Below, piece after piece: positions 9,417 to 19,117 of a stretch of DNA of 64,000 nt. This DNA is from a virus (lineage: Duplodnaviria > Caudoviricetes), in IMG/VR virus record IMGVR_UViG_3300020050_007300, positions 1 through 64,000 of that record; one strand, written 5' to 3'. The notes below the pieces were generated by a model. The model saw only the letters and a program-made list of their open reading frames with translations, made no database searches and was not told where the DNA came from. The first letter of the stretch is position 1. Each line of letters begins with the position of its first letter. The position numbers and the translations under genes were made by a program.

Positions 9417-10026
9417 GCTGTTTGTTAGGTGGTCGTGTACCAAACCAAAATAAAGCGCTTACAGTGCTTAAATACAACACGTTGGTAATTATCATCACTA
9501 CAATGTGGCTGACTTGCTCCTGGCTAAGTCCTCCAGAAGCTTTCGTAAGATCAGCTGCCCACACAAAAATGTAGGTAGTCAAGACCACCAAATAAGCAGT
9601 CAGCAACGGCCGCAGTGCACCTCGCATGAAGTCAACTAAGGCCATAAGCATGGTTATAACGGTGCCCCAAAATCCTTTCTGGAGTTGCGCAGCGGGTAAC
9701 AGGTAGGTCGATTTGTCTGCGTCAAACGCAGCTTGCAGGTTGCGAGACTCCGCTTCCGCCTCTCTGGCCTGGGTCTCTTGTTCCGCAACCGCATAAGCAC
9801 CGTCAGCCTGTATCTGAGCAGCAGCTGTATCAGCGTTAGCTCTAATTTGCGCCCTCTCATTTTCCATCTTGCTCAACTCAATGGAGTTAGCAAGGTTTAG
9901 CTTGACTACCTCCACTTCTTGTTGCTTGTGCTTCAGGTCGAAGAACCTTTGCAGCAAGACACCCAGCAAGCCTGTCGCTCCGCCTGAGAGTACGCCGCCT
10001 AATAGTGTGGTGATAAGGTCTAACAT
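9412..10026 (-). CDS. Holin-like 3-TM membrane protein (start revised to 10026)
   Basis: N-terminal TM, coiled coil, two C-terminal TMs ending LFWFGTR as in 3TM holin families; AAGGAG RBS before ATG 10026; in lysis cassette. Confidence 0.6.
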   Translation of the reverse strand: MLDLITTLLGGVLSGGATGLLGVLLQRFFDLKHKQQEVEVVKLNLANSIELSKMENERAQIRANADTAAAQIQADGAYAVAEQETQAREAEAESRNLQAAFDADKSTYLLPAAQLQKGFWGTVITMLMALVDFMRGALRPLLTAYLVVLTTYIFVWAADLTKASGGLSQEQVSHIVVMIITNVLYLSTVSALFWFGTRPPNKQQ

Positions 10027-10027
10027 G

Positions 10028-10342
10028 TTAAACTCCTTCTGGTGAATACTTAAAAGGCAGATCATGTGTCTGCCCGGCCATTGTGTGAGTGCTCTCTGGG
10101 AGAAAAGAAATTTTTCCGTCAGCTACCCAGCTGTGACAAATGTAGGCAACGTCCTTAGTGTCGTCTAAGGTGCACGGTTTAAACGTCTGGAAGAATATAG
10201 ACGGAGACACCGTAGGTTTCTGCGTATCCCCATTCCAATAGAATCCGTTAGGCCCTGCCTGAATCCTGTGCGGCGCTTTGCACGCAGGGCAGTAGAACTT
10301 GAGGCCGTTGTGTGGCAGGCCTGACACTAATTTTTGCAGCAT
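10028..10342 (-). CDS. DUF6527-like Cys/His protein
   Basis: CPACKAPH, WNGD..KPTVSPSI, CHSWV.DGKI, STH motifs (family recalled from memory). Confidence 0.65.
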   Translation of the reverse strand: MLQKLVSGLPHNGLKFYCPACKAPHRIQAGPNGFYWNGDTQKPTVSPSIFFQTFKPCTLDDTKDVAYICHSWVADGKISFLPESTHTMAGQTHDLPFKYSPEGV

Positions 10343-10343
10343 A

Positions 10344-10916
10344 TTAAGTGAGTAGCCCTAGAGCTTTGGCGTAGAGAGCCTGCCTGTGAGCCAGACCGTT
10401 GTAACCTCCGTTAATCCTCTTAGTCAGGCCTGCAAAGTCGTGCCTGTCGCAAAAACTGTTCAGACCCTTGCGCTTCCAAAACAGAGCCGCAGACAGCGCA
10501 GCGTAGCGTTTGTAAGCCAACTGCTCAGGTTGCGCATGAAAGTCAGGGCAACCTGGGAGAATCTTCCGCATCTCTACAGTCATCAAACGGTAGTTGGCTT
10601 CACCTGTGACCTGGATTAAGCCTCGGCCCATGTAACGTTTGCCACTACCTGGAAGTACGTTACCAAGTGTCTTAGCAAGTGTGCTTGGGGGTTCGTATCT
10701 GAGTTGTTGTTTGGTCGGTCCCCATAACTCGACGACGTAGCGAAGTTGCCCTGACTCGTGGCCAACCTGTGCCAGAAAGCAGGCAGCGCGCTGCCTGTTC
10801 TCAATCTCTGCAACTTTGAAAGCCTCTTCCATAAATGGAAGCCATAACCCTGCAGCCTGCGGAGTTATGGCGTAGAGGCTGACAAGTGTGGGAATGTCAA
10901 CTAAAGTACCGTTCAT
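10344..10916 (-). CDS. Endolysin, glycoside hydrolase family 19
   Basis: FLAQVGHESG, YMGRGLIQVTGEANY, FWKRKGLN, TKRINGGYNGL motifs. Confidence 0.92.
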   Translation of the reverse strand: MNGTLVDIPTLVSLYAITPQAAGLWLPFMEEAFKVAEIENRQRAACFLAQVGHESGQLRYVVELWGPTKQQLRYEPPSTLAKTLGNVLPGSGKRYMGRGLIQVTGEANYRLMTVEMRKILPGCPDFHAQPEQLAYKRYAALSAALFWKRKGLNSFCDRHDFAGLTKRINGGYNGLAHRQALYAKALGLLT

Positions 10917-11220
10917 AGAGAGCCTTACCTATCAAGGTCAGCAAGCCTCCTCCGATGACGGTGAGGACCTTCTTTGTCATGTCGTATTTGTAGCCATCAA
11001 CAATTTCTGCCGTCTTGTTGAGCATCAGGTGGTGCTTTCTATGACCATCAAGGTCCGGCTTCTGCAGGTCATTGACTACAAAAGCTGTAAGGGCTTCTAC
11101 CTGCTTGCGCTCAAGCTCCTCCAACCTTGCCTCTATCTTATTCAGCAAGTTCCACACGTGGAACAGTGATAACCTATTTCCGTCAGGAGTTTGATGGTCG
11201 TGTTCATTAACATCCTGCAC
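10897..11220 (-). CDS. Hypothetical lysis-region protein with C-terminal TM (holin/antiholin-like)
   Basis: Coiled N-terminal part then VLTVIGGGLLTLIG TM; directly upstream of the endolysin. Confidence 0.6.
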   Translation of the reverse strand: MQDVNEHDHQTPDGNRLSLFHVWNLLNKIEARLEELERKQVEALTAFVVNDLQKPDLDGHRKHHLMLNKTAEIVDGYKYDMTKKVLTVIGGGLLTLIGKALYERYFS

Positions 11221-11656
11221 GCTTGTACCCCTCAGCTAGAATATATGGGCGAATCCAAATCCAAAAAGAAACTATAGCTACTGCTAGTTCTCCCCCAATA
11301 GCCGCAGGAGGGGGGTAGACTGCAACCAGCATTCCAAAAACTACATAACACCAAAGCAGCATACTGCAAAAAGCGAAGCAACGGGCAAAGCTGTTATGTA
11401 GGTTCCCTGAGATAACTACCCAGGCCTGAGCAAAACTTGTGAACAGAAATACGAAACCCCAAGCCTCTTCTCCTGCAAGCATCGCCATGTTGCTGTAGAC
11501 TGGACGAACAAAGACATTCCCAGGCCACAGTAGCAAAGCACCCCAGAAGAAAGCGGAGAAAGCAAGAACAATCCTTGATGCTATGAGGTCTGTATCCCAC
11601 AGAGCGTGAGATACAGAGCAAATGACACGGTGCTGGCACCGGGGATTGGTTGACAT
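11207..11656 (-). CDS. Four-TM membrane protein, candidate holin
   Basis: Four hydrophobic segments; AAGGA RBS; position in lysis cassette. Confidence 0.6.
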   Translation of the reverse strand: MSTNPRCQHRVICSVSHALWDTDLIASRIVLAFSAFFWGALLLWPGNVFVRPVYSNMAMLAGEEAWGFVFLFTSFAQAWVVISGNLHNSFARCFAFCSMLLWCYVVFGMLVAVYPPPAAIGGELAVAIVSFWIWIRPYILAEGYKRAGC

Positions 11657-11732
11657 GTTGGGTTCCTTTAGGCGTGACAGCGCCCTGAGTTAACCGATAT
11701 TCTAACTCAGGGTCGATTTTGTAATAAGGGAG

Positions 11733-11969
11733 TTACTGAAAGGTGCGCGGCAACTGGCGGCGTGCGACCTCTTGCTCATAAGACAACCGGCAGTGGTCGG
11801 GTTGCCAAAAGAACAAGGTGTCGATGGCGCTGGCCGTCCATCCCCAGTACCTCTGCTTTTTCTGCCGCATACGGTGCGCCCTGCTGGACAGAGTTTCATC
11901 TGGAGCCCCTGCTAACAGAGAGTTAGCAAGTTGGTCCAGAGCAATCAGAAAGTTCAAGATGTAAGTCAT
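11733..11969 (-). CDS. Conserved phage hypothetical protein
   Basis: IALDQLANSLLAG.PDETLSSR...IDTLFFWQ.DHC pattern typical of small genes found after tail fibres. Confidence 0.7.
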   Translation of the reverse strand: MTYILNFLIALDQLANSLLAGAPDETLSSRAHRMRQKKQRYWGWTASAIDTLFFWQPDHCRLSYEQEVARRQLPRTFQ

Positions 11970-12460
11970 GCTACAGTTACAGTAAAGACTGGGACGGCCA
12001 GGAAAGACTTGTCCGGTAGAGTGTAGACACGGTAGCCTGCTTTGAAGGCAAGCCTACCGTTGAGTAGGGGCTTACGAATCCACCACAAAGAGCCTTGGCG
12101 TTGCATACCAAACTCTGGACCCCAAGGTCTTTCCGCAGGTTCCCCAAAAGACGCTGCCAACCCGTGCAACCTGTTACGTATGCCTAACCAATACCACACA
12201 CAGATAAGGCTTCCGAAACGTCTGTACACAGACTTAACAGTAGGTTCGTAAAGACCCCCAGGGAGTCTTTCATCAGGGGTCTCTAGCCAGCGTAACCATT
12301 TAGGCATGTCACCACGTACTGCAGGGTGGTTGTTGCTGCGGTCCAGGCTGAAGCCCCCGTCCCACCGAATGAAGGGCAGGGCTAGGAGCACAAACAGCGG
12401 AGCTAGCAGTGCTGCAAGTTGCAGAAATAGCGCAATAGCGATTGGCTTAATGTAGTTCAT
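11966..12460 (-). CDS. Conserved phage membrane-anchored hypothetical protein
   Basis: N-terminal TM, WLETPD..LPG and W...RN motifs; ATGA overlap with neighbours. Confidence 0.65.
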   Translation of the reverse strand: MNYIKPIAIALFLQLAALLAPLFVLLALPFIRWDGGFSLDRSNNHPAVRGDMPKWLRWLETPDERLPGGLYEPTVKSVYRRFGSLICVWYWLGIRNRLHGLAASFGEPAERPWGPEFGMQRQGSLWWIRKPLLNGRLAFKAGYRVYTLPDKSFLAVPVFTVTVA

Positions 12461-12834
12461 CGAGTTGCCGCGTCCAGGAAAAGATCGTCAAGTTGTTTGT
12501 CAGTCAGGCTCAAAAGTACGCCCATTGCAGCGACCAAGGAAGAATCCCTACGAACTCTAGGTGCGAACTCCCAGGTTTCTCTAGCTTCTTCGCCCTCAAT
12601 CCCAGGCATAGCGGCGATGGCAGCTTTGACTGCGGCAAGGTGCCCGGCGTGCAGGAGAGCAAGTCTTGCTTGGACCATCTCTACGAAAATTGGGACAGGT
12701 TTTGCTTTCGGGGCGAGGTGGTCTGCAACCTCTCCTTCGGTCATAGCCAGCCAACCTTGCTGAATGACGGAGTCTTGTGAACCGTCAGACTCTAGGGCGG
12801 TCACTAGGCCTGCGGGTGTTAGGTAGTATTTCAT
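12457..12834 (-). CDS. Tail fibre assembly chaperone-like protein
   Basis: QARLAL...WEFA..VRRDS.LV..MG..L.LTDKQLDDLF motif; immediately after the fibre gene. Confidence 0.65.
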   Translation of the reverse strand: MKYYLTPAGLVTALESDGSQDSVIQQGWLAMTEGEVADHLAPKAKPVPIFVEMVQARLALLHAGHLAAVKAAIAAMPGIEGEEARETWEFAPRVRRDSSLVAAMGVLLSLTDKQLDDLFLDAATR

Positions 12835-12838
12835 GTGT

Positions 12839-14065
12839 TTACCTGAGTTCCAACCATTGGTTTACGTTTTGGGCGTGCATATTAATGTGGTAGTGGCTAT
12901 TGTTGGGGACAATTGCACATACGGTGTTATGGTCATTACCTACAGACCCAGCAGGGTTGCCTGTAGATGCTATACGGACGTTATCTACATACAAGATAGG
13001 CCCACCATCCGGCCCCTGGCAAATAACAGAGACCATAATAGGCCGACCAGTTGTATTCCAGTATGCGGTGTTAATCGACCTACTCCCAGTAACATCCTGC
13101 CAGCTCTGCCCAAGTCCTATAGCACCTCCTGCGCTGTTAGCGTAGCCTGCGCTGTTTGCGTATCCAGCATTAGCCGCGTAAGCCACACTAAAGTTAGAGG
13201 GGTTGTAAACGTACTGGTCCTCTGGGTTGTTACCACCCCACATCCAGGTAGGTTGGCCTCCTTGGCCTGACCAGTTGAACCGCATAGGGGTAGAACTACC
13301 CCCAGCTCGGAGAAACGCTGCGTTAGTAGCTTCGTTGGCAGTTCCCTGCAGGTTGCCCGCAAGTCCCGCACAATGGAACCACCCGTCAGCGTCGAGGCTT
13401 GCTAGACCTCCTCCTGCAGCGTTGGCCCACAGATGGCACCCACTACCGCCGTTAACCGAGGGTCTGTAGAACATACCCCAGTTAGCGTCGTTGCTGTTAA
13501 TGTGCCCGCTACCGTTACCACTATAGAAATACACAGAATTCTCCAGGCGAATCTCTTTAGCGTAAATGTTCCGCCAGTTGTTGCTCGCCCTTCCTAGGTC
13601 GTAGGAGTTAGTCGCCTGTGGGTACAAAGTCCCTGTGTTGTCGATGACAGTACGGATAACACCCACAGTTCCAAGTGCAATACCCTGGCTCTGGTTGTTT
13701 ACCAGATACAGGTTGCTGTCTGCGTTCATCTCCAGCCGAGCGCCTACAGCTGCGTTGCCAGGACTGCGCAACTGCAGCAAACCGCCTCCACCCCCTACAC
13801 CGTAAGACGTGAGAGTTGTGCCTGTAATGGTGTTCTCTGCCAAGATGTTGCCGAACGGTAGCAACCCCCAGGAAGTGCCGTTGTACTCCTCCCAGGCTTT
13901 TGACGACCTGTTGTAACGCTTGGCGTAAGTAGGCACTGCACCAGTAAAACTTGACTGCACACTGTCAAGGCCCACTGCGAGTGCCAGCAGGTTGGCCCGT
14001 ATACCCTGCGTAAACTGCGTCAGATAGTTATCTGTCGTAGCAGGTTTTGTTACATCAAATGCCAT
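12839..14065 (-). CDS. Tail fibre / receptor-binding protein (start revised to 14065)
   Basis: GAGGA RBS before ATG 14065; Gly/Asn-rich body; FNWSGQGGQPTW..GG and C-terminal GQSWQDVTGSR..NTTGRPIMV tip motifs. Confidence 0.8.
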   Translation of the reverse strand: MAFDVTKPATTDNYLTQFTQGIRANLLALAVGLDSVQSSFTGAVPTYAKRYNRSSKAWEEYNGTSWGLLPFGNILAENTITGTTLTSYGVGGGGGLLQLRSPGNAAVGARLEMNADSNLYLVNNQSQGIALGTVGVIRTVIDNTGTLYPQATNSYDLGRASNNWRNIYAKEIRLENSVYFYSGNGSGHINSNDANWGMFYRPSVNGGSGCHLWANAAGGGLASLDADGWFHCAGLAGNLQGTANEATNAAFLRAGGSSTPMRFNWSGQGGQPTWMWGGNNPEDQYVYNPSNFSVAYAANAGYANSAGYANSAGGAIGLGQSWQDVTGSRSINTAYWNTTGRPIMVSVICQGPDGGPILYVDNVRIASTGNPAGSVGNDHNTVCAIVPNNSHYHINMHAQNVNQWLELR

Positions 14066-14066
14066 A

Positions 14067-17000
14067 TTAGAATCCTCGTGCGCTCCATGAAAAATCTCCA
14101 CCTACGTCTACACCGGAAGTATTGTACAGCCTTACAGTGAATTGTGTAGGATTCGGCACACCAGCGTAGATGACAACTGGGATTTTTGGTGTACTGCCAA
14201 GGGGTTGCACAATAGGTGTGTCGGCGTCTAAGAATGCGTACTTAAAGTACACCACAGTACCGCCCACAGCAGCGACACCTTCGCCAGAATCGTTGCGGAG
14301 CTTGATACTGAGCTTGACGTTGATGCCGGTAACAGAAGCAAGGTTTGCGCCAGCAGTGCAGGTAAAGTTGAACCGTACTTTCAGATACCTAAATGCAGGC
14401 ATAACTGCATTGCTAATCCCTGCTGGCAAGTCAACCCAAGCATCGCCAAGGTTTGTCTTGTAGCTAATGCTGCAGATTGCCGTAACCTCACCGTCAAGGT
14501 TTTGTGACATTAGGCTAACTGCTACTGTTGTAGAAGGTATGACTGCCTCGTAGTCAATTACTTCCTCGTAAGAACCGGTAGCGAGTCCCGGCTCTGGGTA
14601 CAGGGGGTAACCTGCAGCAGTCTGATCGGCAGCAGTGCCAAAACCATTGTCAGAGTAGTGAGAAGCCCAGGTCTGGTTTAAGTTTACAGGGCCAATCCAG
14701 TTATTTGGACTGTCTTGGTAGAAGTTAACCCACGTGCCCGGGAAGTTGGTATTGTAGTCGTCCTGCAGGATGTAGTCTGGAGGTTGGTTAATCAGTGCCT
14801 GGATGTTCACCGCAGGGCCGTAGTTGTTAGCGCTGTCTACTGCGCTAATCCAGTAGACGTAAGTTCCTGCAGTTTGCTCAAAGATTGTCGTAAACGTACT
14901 GTTACCGTTAGAGCCTACAGGAAAACCTAGCGCCCAGGACACACCACGACGAACCTCATAACGGTCGATAGGCAGCTGGTTAGCGTCAATCGTAGGTGCA
15001 GTCCAGTAGAGCAGAGCATTGTTGTCAATAACTTCAGACCTCGCAGGTGCCACAGAGTCAGGCACGCTAATGCTAACTAGCACTGTGGCAGGTTCCCCAG
15101 CGTTACCTGCTGCGTCAATACCTGTGATGTACCAGTTCTGGCTACCACCGAAGTCAGCCTTGATTCGGAACCCCAGAGCCTTGGTACTGTCTACAAAAGT
15201 AGACGTAGCATAGGTTGCTCCCCTGCGAATTTCGTAGAGGTCTACAAGGAACTCGCTGTACGGTGTTTGCCACGTAAGAACAAGGTCTGTTCCTACGAGC
15301 GTAGAGAAGCCTACCGTAGCCACGGGTCCGCCAATCTGGATAGTGGCGATTGCTTCTGTAGCACTGTAGTTGCCAGAGGTGTCGATAGCCTTAATACGAA
15401 CAATCCTGGAGCCCTTGATCTGGAGGTTCCACAGATAGTTAGAGCTGACAGATTGGCCTATCTTGGTGGAGGTTTCCCATGAGCTACCGTTAGTGCGCAA
15501 TTCATAAACTGACAGGTCCGCGTCAGGGATTGGTGTCCAACTAATACGCACGCCTACAGGCTCAAAGGTGTAGCTTACGTTGCTGACGTTTGAAGGGGGT
15601 GCGGTTTTGCCGATTACCTGGGCCTGCACCTGAGTATTCCAATCGCTCACACCCGTACTTGTGCGGGCACGGGCACGAATGATGTAGAAAGCGTTGTCAG
15701 TTACTTCAGCAGTTACAACTGTTGTGTCAGAACCAGACACAACTAGCTGCGTCCATTCCGCCGAGCTGGTAGATAGGCGGTACTGCACCTCAATGCGACC
15801 CCCCTGCAGAACTGCACCGTCAGCAGACTGAGGCCACGAGACGCGCATACGACTGACCACTGTACCATCAGACTGCTTGAGCAACTCTGCTGTACCGCTT
15901 GCAATGGTTAGAGCTCCCACAGGAGCGACCAACCAGGGTTTCGGCAGGTTGGTGTTAATTGCGTAACCTTGCGGAAGGAAGCTGGCGTCTTGAGAAAAAA
16001 TGGCCGCAGAAGTCTCTTTCAGAGTCAGAAGAATAGTACCTTCTGTTGTCCAGGTTCTACCCTGCACCGTAAACACCTTGTCAACCCACCCATAACGAGC
16101 GAGTGTCAGTGAAACGTTATCGAACAACTCAAGCTTGTAGGCGCTCAACTTAAACGGAATTTCTACCGTCAGCGGGTCGCGGGCATCTCGCATGAGAATA
16201 CCGGCTACGTGCAGAGCCTGCGGAGCGTAACCAATCGCAGAGAACTGGAAGTCCTGCACAAGTTCTGCCCCGTCACGGGTGATGAGGTCTGCACCTACTA
16301 GGGGGGTCAGCGAAACCTGCTTAGAGTCCTGCCCCTGGTCCCAGATGACTACCTTGGCAGTGTTAAATTGCTGAGCCCTTGCACGATGTACACCTATCTT
16401 AATAGGTGTCTGCGTAGCGGAAGTGCCTGAACGGTTGACAACTGCAAGGTCTGCCTCTGTCAGGTTCATTACAGGGTTGGTGTAAACGCCTGCACGAACG
16501 AATAAGCTACCGCCAGCGAAAGCCCAGCTACCGGCCATAGCTGTAGCAAGTTCCGTAAAGGCTTCGTCACAGGCACCCCCATAAGGCTGAACCAGGGAGG
16601 CCCTGAACATAGGGTGGGTTACATGCGAAGCAAAACCCACAACCCACTGCGTAGGAATGTCACAGTTATTCGCAGCCGTAGAGATACGCGCGTCTTCTTC
16701 GGCAGTTACCGCAGCCTTACCAAAGAAAGAGCTTGTGTACAGCCACCGCATCATCAGTGCGGGATTTTCTGACCAGCGTGTCTGGCCATCTCGCGGGTCA
16801 TATAGCTTTGCTCCGCGAACTACTGCAGAGATGGCTGGCAGGCCTGACGGGAACGAAGTCTCGTTAAAGGTCAACTTAGCTACAAGGTACGCCACACCCT
16901 GCACAACATGGTTGTCTCCCCACGCGTCGGGGAAAGCCGCCCTGAGCATAGGGTCTACAGTCTGACCGGGGGCACCGAGGTGGATGTTGATTTTTACGTT

Positions 17001-17546
17001 GCTGTGGTACTCGTAAATCTGGTAACTATAGTTGCCCGTGTCTTCGTAACCTTCTTGACTCTCCCCAGAACCACCTCCTCCGAGGCCTCTAAAAATCTTG
17101 TTTACGTTAAAGGCCCCTGCGGGAACTGCAGCAAAGCTAGGGGCTACACCGGAAGCAGTCGACCTAATGCTGTAAGGTTCCGAAGTAACCTCCCCATTGG
17201 CGTTCAACGTAACGAGTTCGTCGTTCAGGTATATAGCTTCTACAGCGTCAATCTCATGGCCTGCCAAAGCAATGGCCATGTACATGTCTTTGTTGTTCTC
17301 TCCTGTACTAGCTTTGTAGAACACCGCACCAGACTTGCGCACACGACCGAAGACGGCATCTCGCTTAGCCACGGTACTAGTTATATTAACAAGTCTGTCA
17401 GTCTGTGCTGCATTAGCCGCCTCCTTGGCCGCTTTCTTAGCTTTACGCGCACGGTCCATGCTATAGGCTGTGCTTACTATAACTATAGCTATCTGAATAG
17501 CAATAACATAGTTAGTTACTATCCAAACTACGACGGCTGCTGGCAT
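14067..17546 (-). CDS. Central tail fibre / host-specificity protein (lambda gpJ-like) with fibronectin type III repeats
   Basis: 1159 aa; FGRVRKSG, VRGAKLYDPR..WSENPAL, several FN3-like WxxP..YEIR repeats; follows tail-tip genes. Confidence 0.85.
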   Translation of the reverse strand: MPAAVVVWIVTNYVIAIQIAIVIVSTAYSMDRARKAKKAAKEAANAAQTDRLVNITSTVAKRDAVFGRVRKSGAVFYKASTGENNKDMYMAIALAGHEIDAVEAIYLNDELVTLNANGEVTSEPYSIRSTASGVAPSFAAVPAGAFNVNKIFRGLGGGGSGESQEGYEDTGNYSYQIYEYHSNVKINIHLGAPGQTVDPMLRAAFPDAWGDNHVVQGVAYLVAKLTFNETSFPSGLPAISAVVRGAKLYDPRDGQTRWSENPALMMRWLYTSSFFGKAAVTAEEDARISTAANNCDIPTQWVVGFASHVTHPMFRASLVQPYGGACDEAFTELATAMAGSWAFAGGSLFVRAGVYTNPVMNLTEADLAVVNRSGTSATQTPIKIGVHRARAQQFNTAKVVIWDQGQDSKQVSLTPLVGADLITRDGAELVQDFQFSAIGYAPQALHVAGILMRDARDPLTVEIPFKLSAYKLELFDNVSLTLARYGWVDKVFTVQGRTWTTEGTILLTLKETSAAIFSQDASFLPQGYAINTNLPKPWLVAPVGALTIASGTAELLKQSDGTVVSRMRVSWPQSADGAVLQGGRIEVQYRLSTSSAEWTQLVVSGSDTTVVTAEVTDNAFYIIRARARTSTGVSDWNTQVQAQVIGKTAPPSNVSNVSYTFEPVGVRISWTPIPDADLSVYELRTNGSSWETSTKIGQSVSSNYLWNLQIKGSRIVRIKAIDTSGNYSATEAIATIQIGGPVATVGFSTLVGTDLVLTWQTPYSEFLVDLYEIRRGATYATSTFVDSTKALGFRIKADFGGSQNWYITGIDAAGNAGEPATVLVSISVPDSVAPARSEVIDNNALLYWTAPTIDANQLPIDRYEVRRGVSWALGFPVGSNGNSTFTTIFEQTAGTYVYWISAVDSANNYGPAVNIQALINQPPDYILQDDYNTNFPGTWVNFYQDSPNNWIGPVNLNQTWASHYSDNGFGTAADQTAAGYPLYPEPGLATGSYEEVIDYEAVIPSTTVAVSLMSQNLDGEVTAICSISYKTNLGDAWVDLPAGISNAVMPAFRYLKVRFNFTCTAGANLASVTGINVKLSIKLRNDSGEGVAAVGGTVVYFKYAFLDADTPIVQPLGSTPKIPVVIYAGVPNPTQFTVRLYNTSGVDVGGDFSWSARGF

Positions 17547-17547
17547 C

Positions 17548-17958
17548 TTAGACTTTCCAAACGTGGGTGGCTTCTGACATACTGACTGTCATTATACCTT
17601 CGGCGGCTACGCAAAGAATGTTATCACCGTTGCAGATGCCCAAAGTGACCTCGCCCAAAGTCAGGAATGCAACAACATCACCCACGGCGGCGAATCCTGG
17701 CGATTTTGGAGCGCCTAAAACTTTGACAACTGCCTCATGTAGTGTCTGACCATCAGATAAAACCTGAATTGCCCTCAATGCTTCTTTAGCAGTTCGCACT
17801 GCACGCAATTCCGGTGGAGCGTAGTCCGTACCAGTGATAGCAATTAAGGCATCACACACGAAAGTAGTGCAGTCGTTTGTACCCCATGCAAAAGGTAGGT
17901 TCTTACGCGCTTTGTAGAACTCTGCAAAGTAGGTAGCCCAGTTAGTGCGGCGTGTCAT
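17548..17958 (-). CDS. Tail tip NlpC/P60-like protein (start revised to 17958)
   Basis: FAWGTNDC..F..D...AITG.D papain-like motif; position between gpL-like and gpJ-like genes. Confidence 0.7.
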   Translation of the reverse strand: MTRRTNWATYFAEFYKARKNLPFAWGTNDCTTFVCDALIAITGTDYAPPELRAVRTAKEALRAIQVLSDGQTLHEAVVKVLGAPKSPGFAAVGDVVAFLTLGEVTLGICNGDNILCVAAEGIMTVSMSEATHVWKV

Positions 17959-18527
17959 TGGTAGTAGAAAGCCTTGGCAGGCCAAATAATAGGTTTATCA
18001 ACTTGGTCAACAACGTACTTAAAAGCCCCGTCGTAAGGGTTAACTCTCGCTTGGTCCTCTACTGTGTATAGCCACGAGTTTCCTGATATTAGGTCTGCCG
18101 CCTTAGACTCTGCAGTTACTGAAATTGCACATGTTTCCCCGTCCTCGGAAATAGACATAATATCAAGTCTCCCTACCCACTCTAGGGGGGCGTCTAAAAT
18201 TTGGTAGGTTTCAGAGTTTAGGATTGCTGTTCGGATAGTGCACACAGTACCCTGCACAAGGTTTGCCTCGTCTAGTGCTAGGGCTACTGAAGCCGCATCC
18301 CCAAACAACTCAAACGTCAGACCTTCGACCTCCCCCGGCTTGTCGTTGACGGGGCTAACTGTGCCAAGGCCTCTTGCACCTTTGTACGTGACTCCGCCAA
18401 AGTCTAAGTCCCAGGTTGAGGTGTTCAGGGCTACAGGTGTAGTAGAGAAAGCGAAGTAAATAAGTTGCACGATAGCCAACTGGCCGCTATTAAGCGCTGC
18501 CAGTGTAGGTGCCGACAGGTTCTTCAT
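17955..18527 (-). CDS. Tail tip / hub-associated minor tail protein (gpL-like)
   Basis: Synteny; GVTYKGARGLG and YT.EDQ...P.D..F.YV..Q.DK.I.W motifs. Confidence 0.6.
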   Translation of the reverse strand: MKNLSAPTLAALNSGQLAIVQLIYFAFSTTPVALNTSTWDLDFGGVTYKGARGLGTVSPVNDKPGEVEGLTFELFGDAASVALALDEANLVQGTVCTIRTAILNSETYQILDAPLEWVGRLDIMSISEDGETCAISVTAESKAADLISGNSWLYTVEDQARVNPYDGAFKYVVDQVDKPIIWPAKAFYYQ

Positions 18528-19117
18528 ATGGCTTCTCCAAACGTAAACGAAGAGTCTTCTACAACTGCGCCGCTGTAGTTAACTCCCGAAGTATCCATCA
18601 GACGAAAAGGTACCGAGGGTTTGTCCCATATGACAGGTGTACCAGCGGCGCAGGCTTTGCGCAGGCGTTGGGCAAGTGCTACCTCTATCACACCTCCGAT
18701 TGCTGTAGCATCCTGTCGCACCATCACTAGCATACCGTTGAAGCCTAGCATATCCCCCTCTAAGAGAGTGCCGTTAGCAGGAGACACACCTGTAATTCGC
18801 AGGTACTGCTCACCCTGCAGACGACTAACCTCAAGTGTCATACTGCCCCTAGCCGTGCCCGAAGGCGCAGGCCGCACGAAGTGGTGCAGGTTTACAAAGT
18901 TTGTCTGCCCACGCAACGCACCTATGAAGGATTCCAGTTTTGCGCCTGACTGATAAGACATAAGCTGAACGGTGGCAGAGCAAGTCCACCTGTCGTTCAG
19001 CATGTCCACCGCCTGCTCGCTTCCTCCAAAGTTGGAGGAAGCTACCCGCTGGTTAGTCACACTTTTAAATACACAGGTGCTTGGGATAAACACTGCTGGT
19101 AGGGCTATGATGCTCAT
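18524..19117 (-). CDS. Distal tail protein
   Basis: Directly downstream of tape measure; beta-rich; GDMLG.NG.L.MV motif. Confidence 0.6.
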   Translation of the reverse strand: MSIIALPAVFIPSTCVFKSVTNQRVASSNFGGSEQAVDMLNDRWTCSATVQLMSYQSGAKLESFIGALRGQTNFVNLHHFVRPAPSGTARGSMTLEVSRLQGEQYLRITGVSPANGTLLEGDMLGFNGMLVMVRQDATAIGGVIEVALAQRLRKACAAGTPVIWDKPSVPFRLMDTSGVNYSGAVVEDSSFTFGEAI

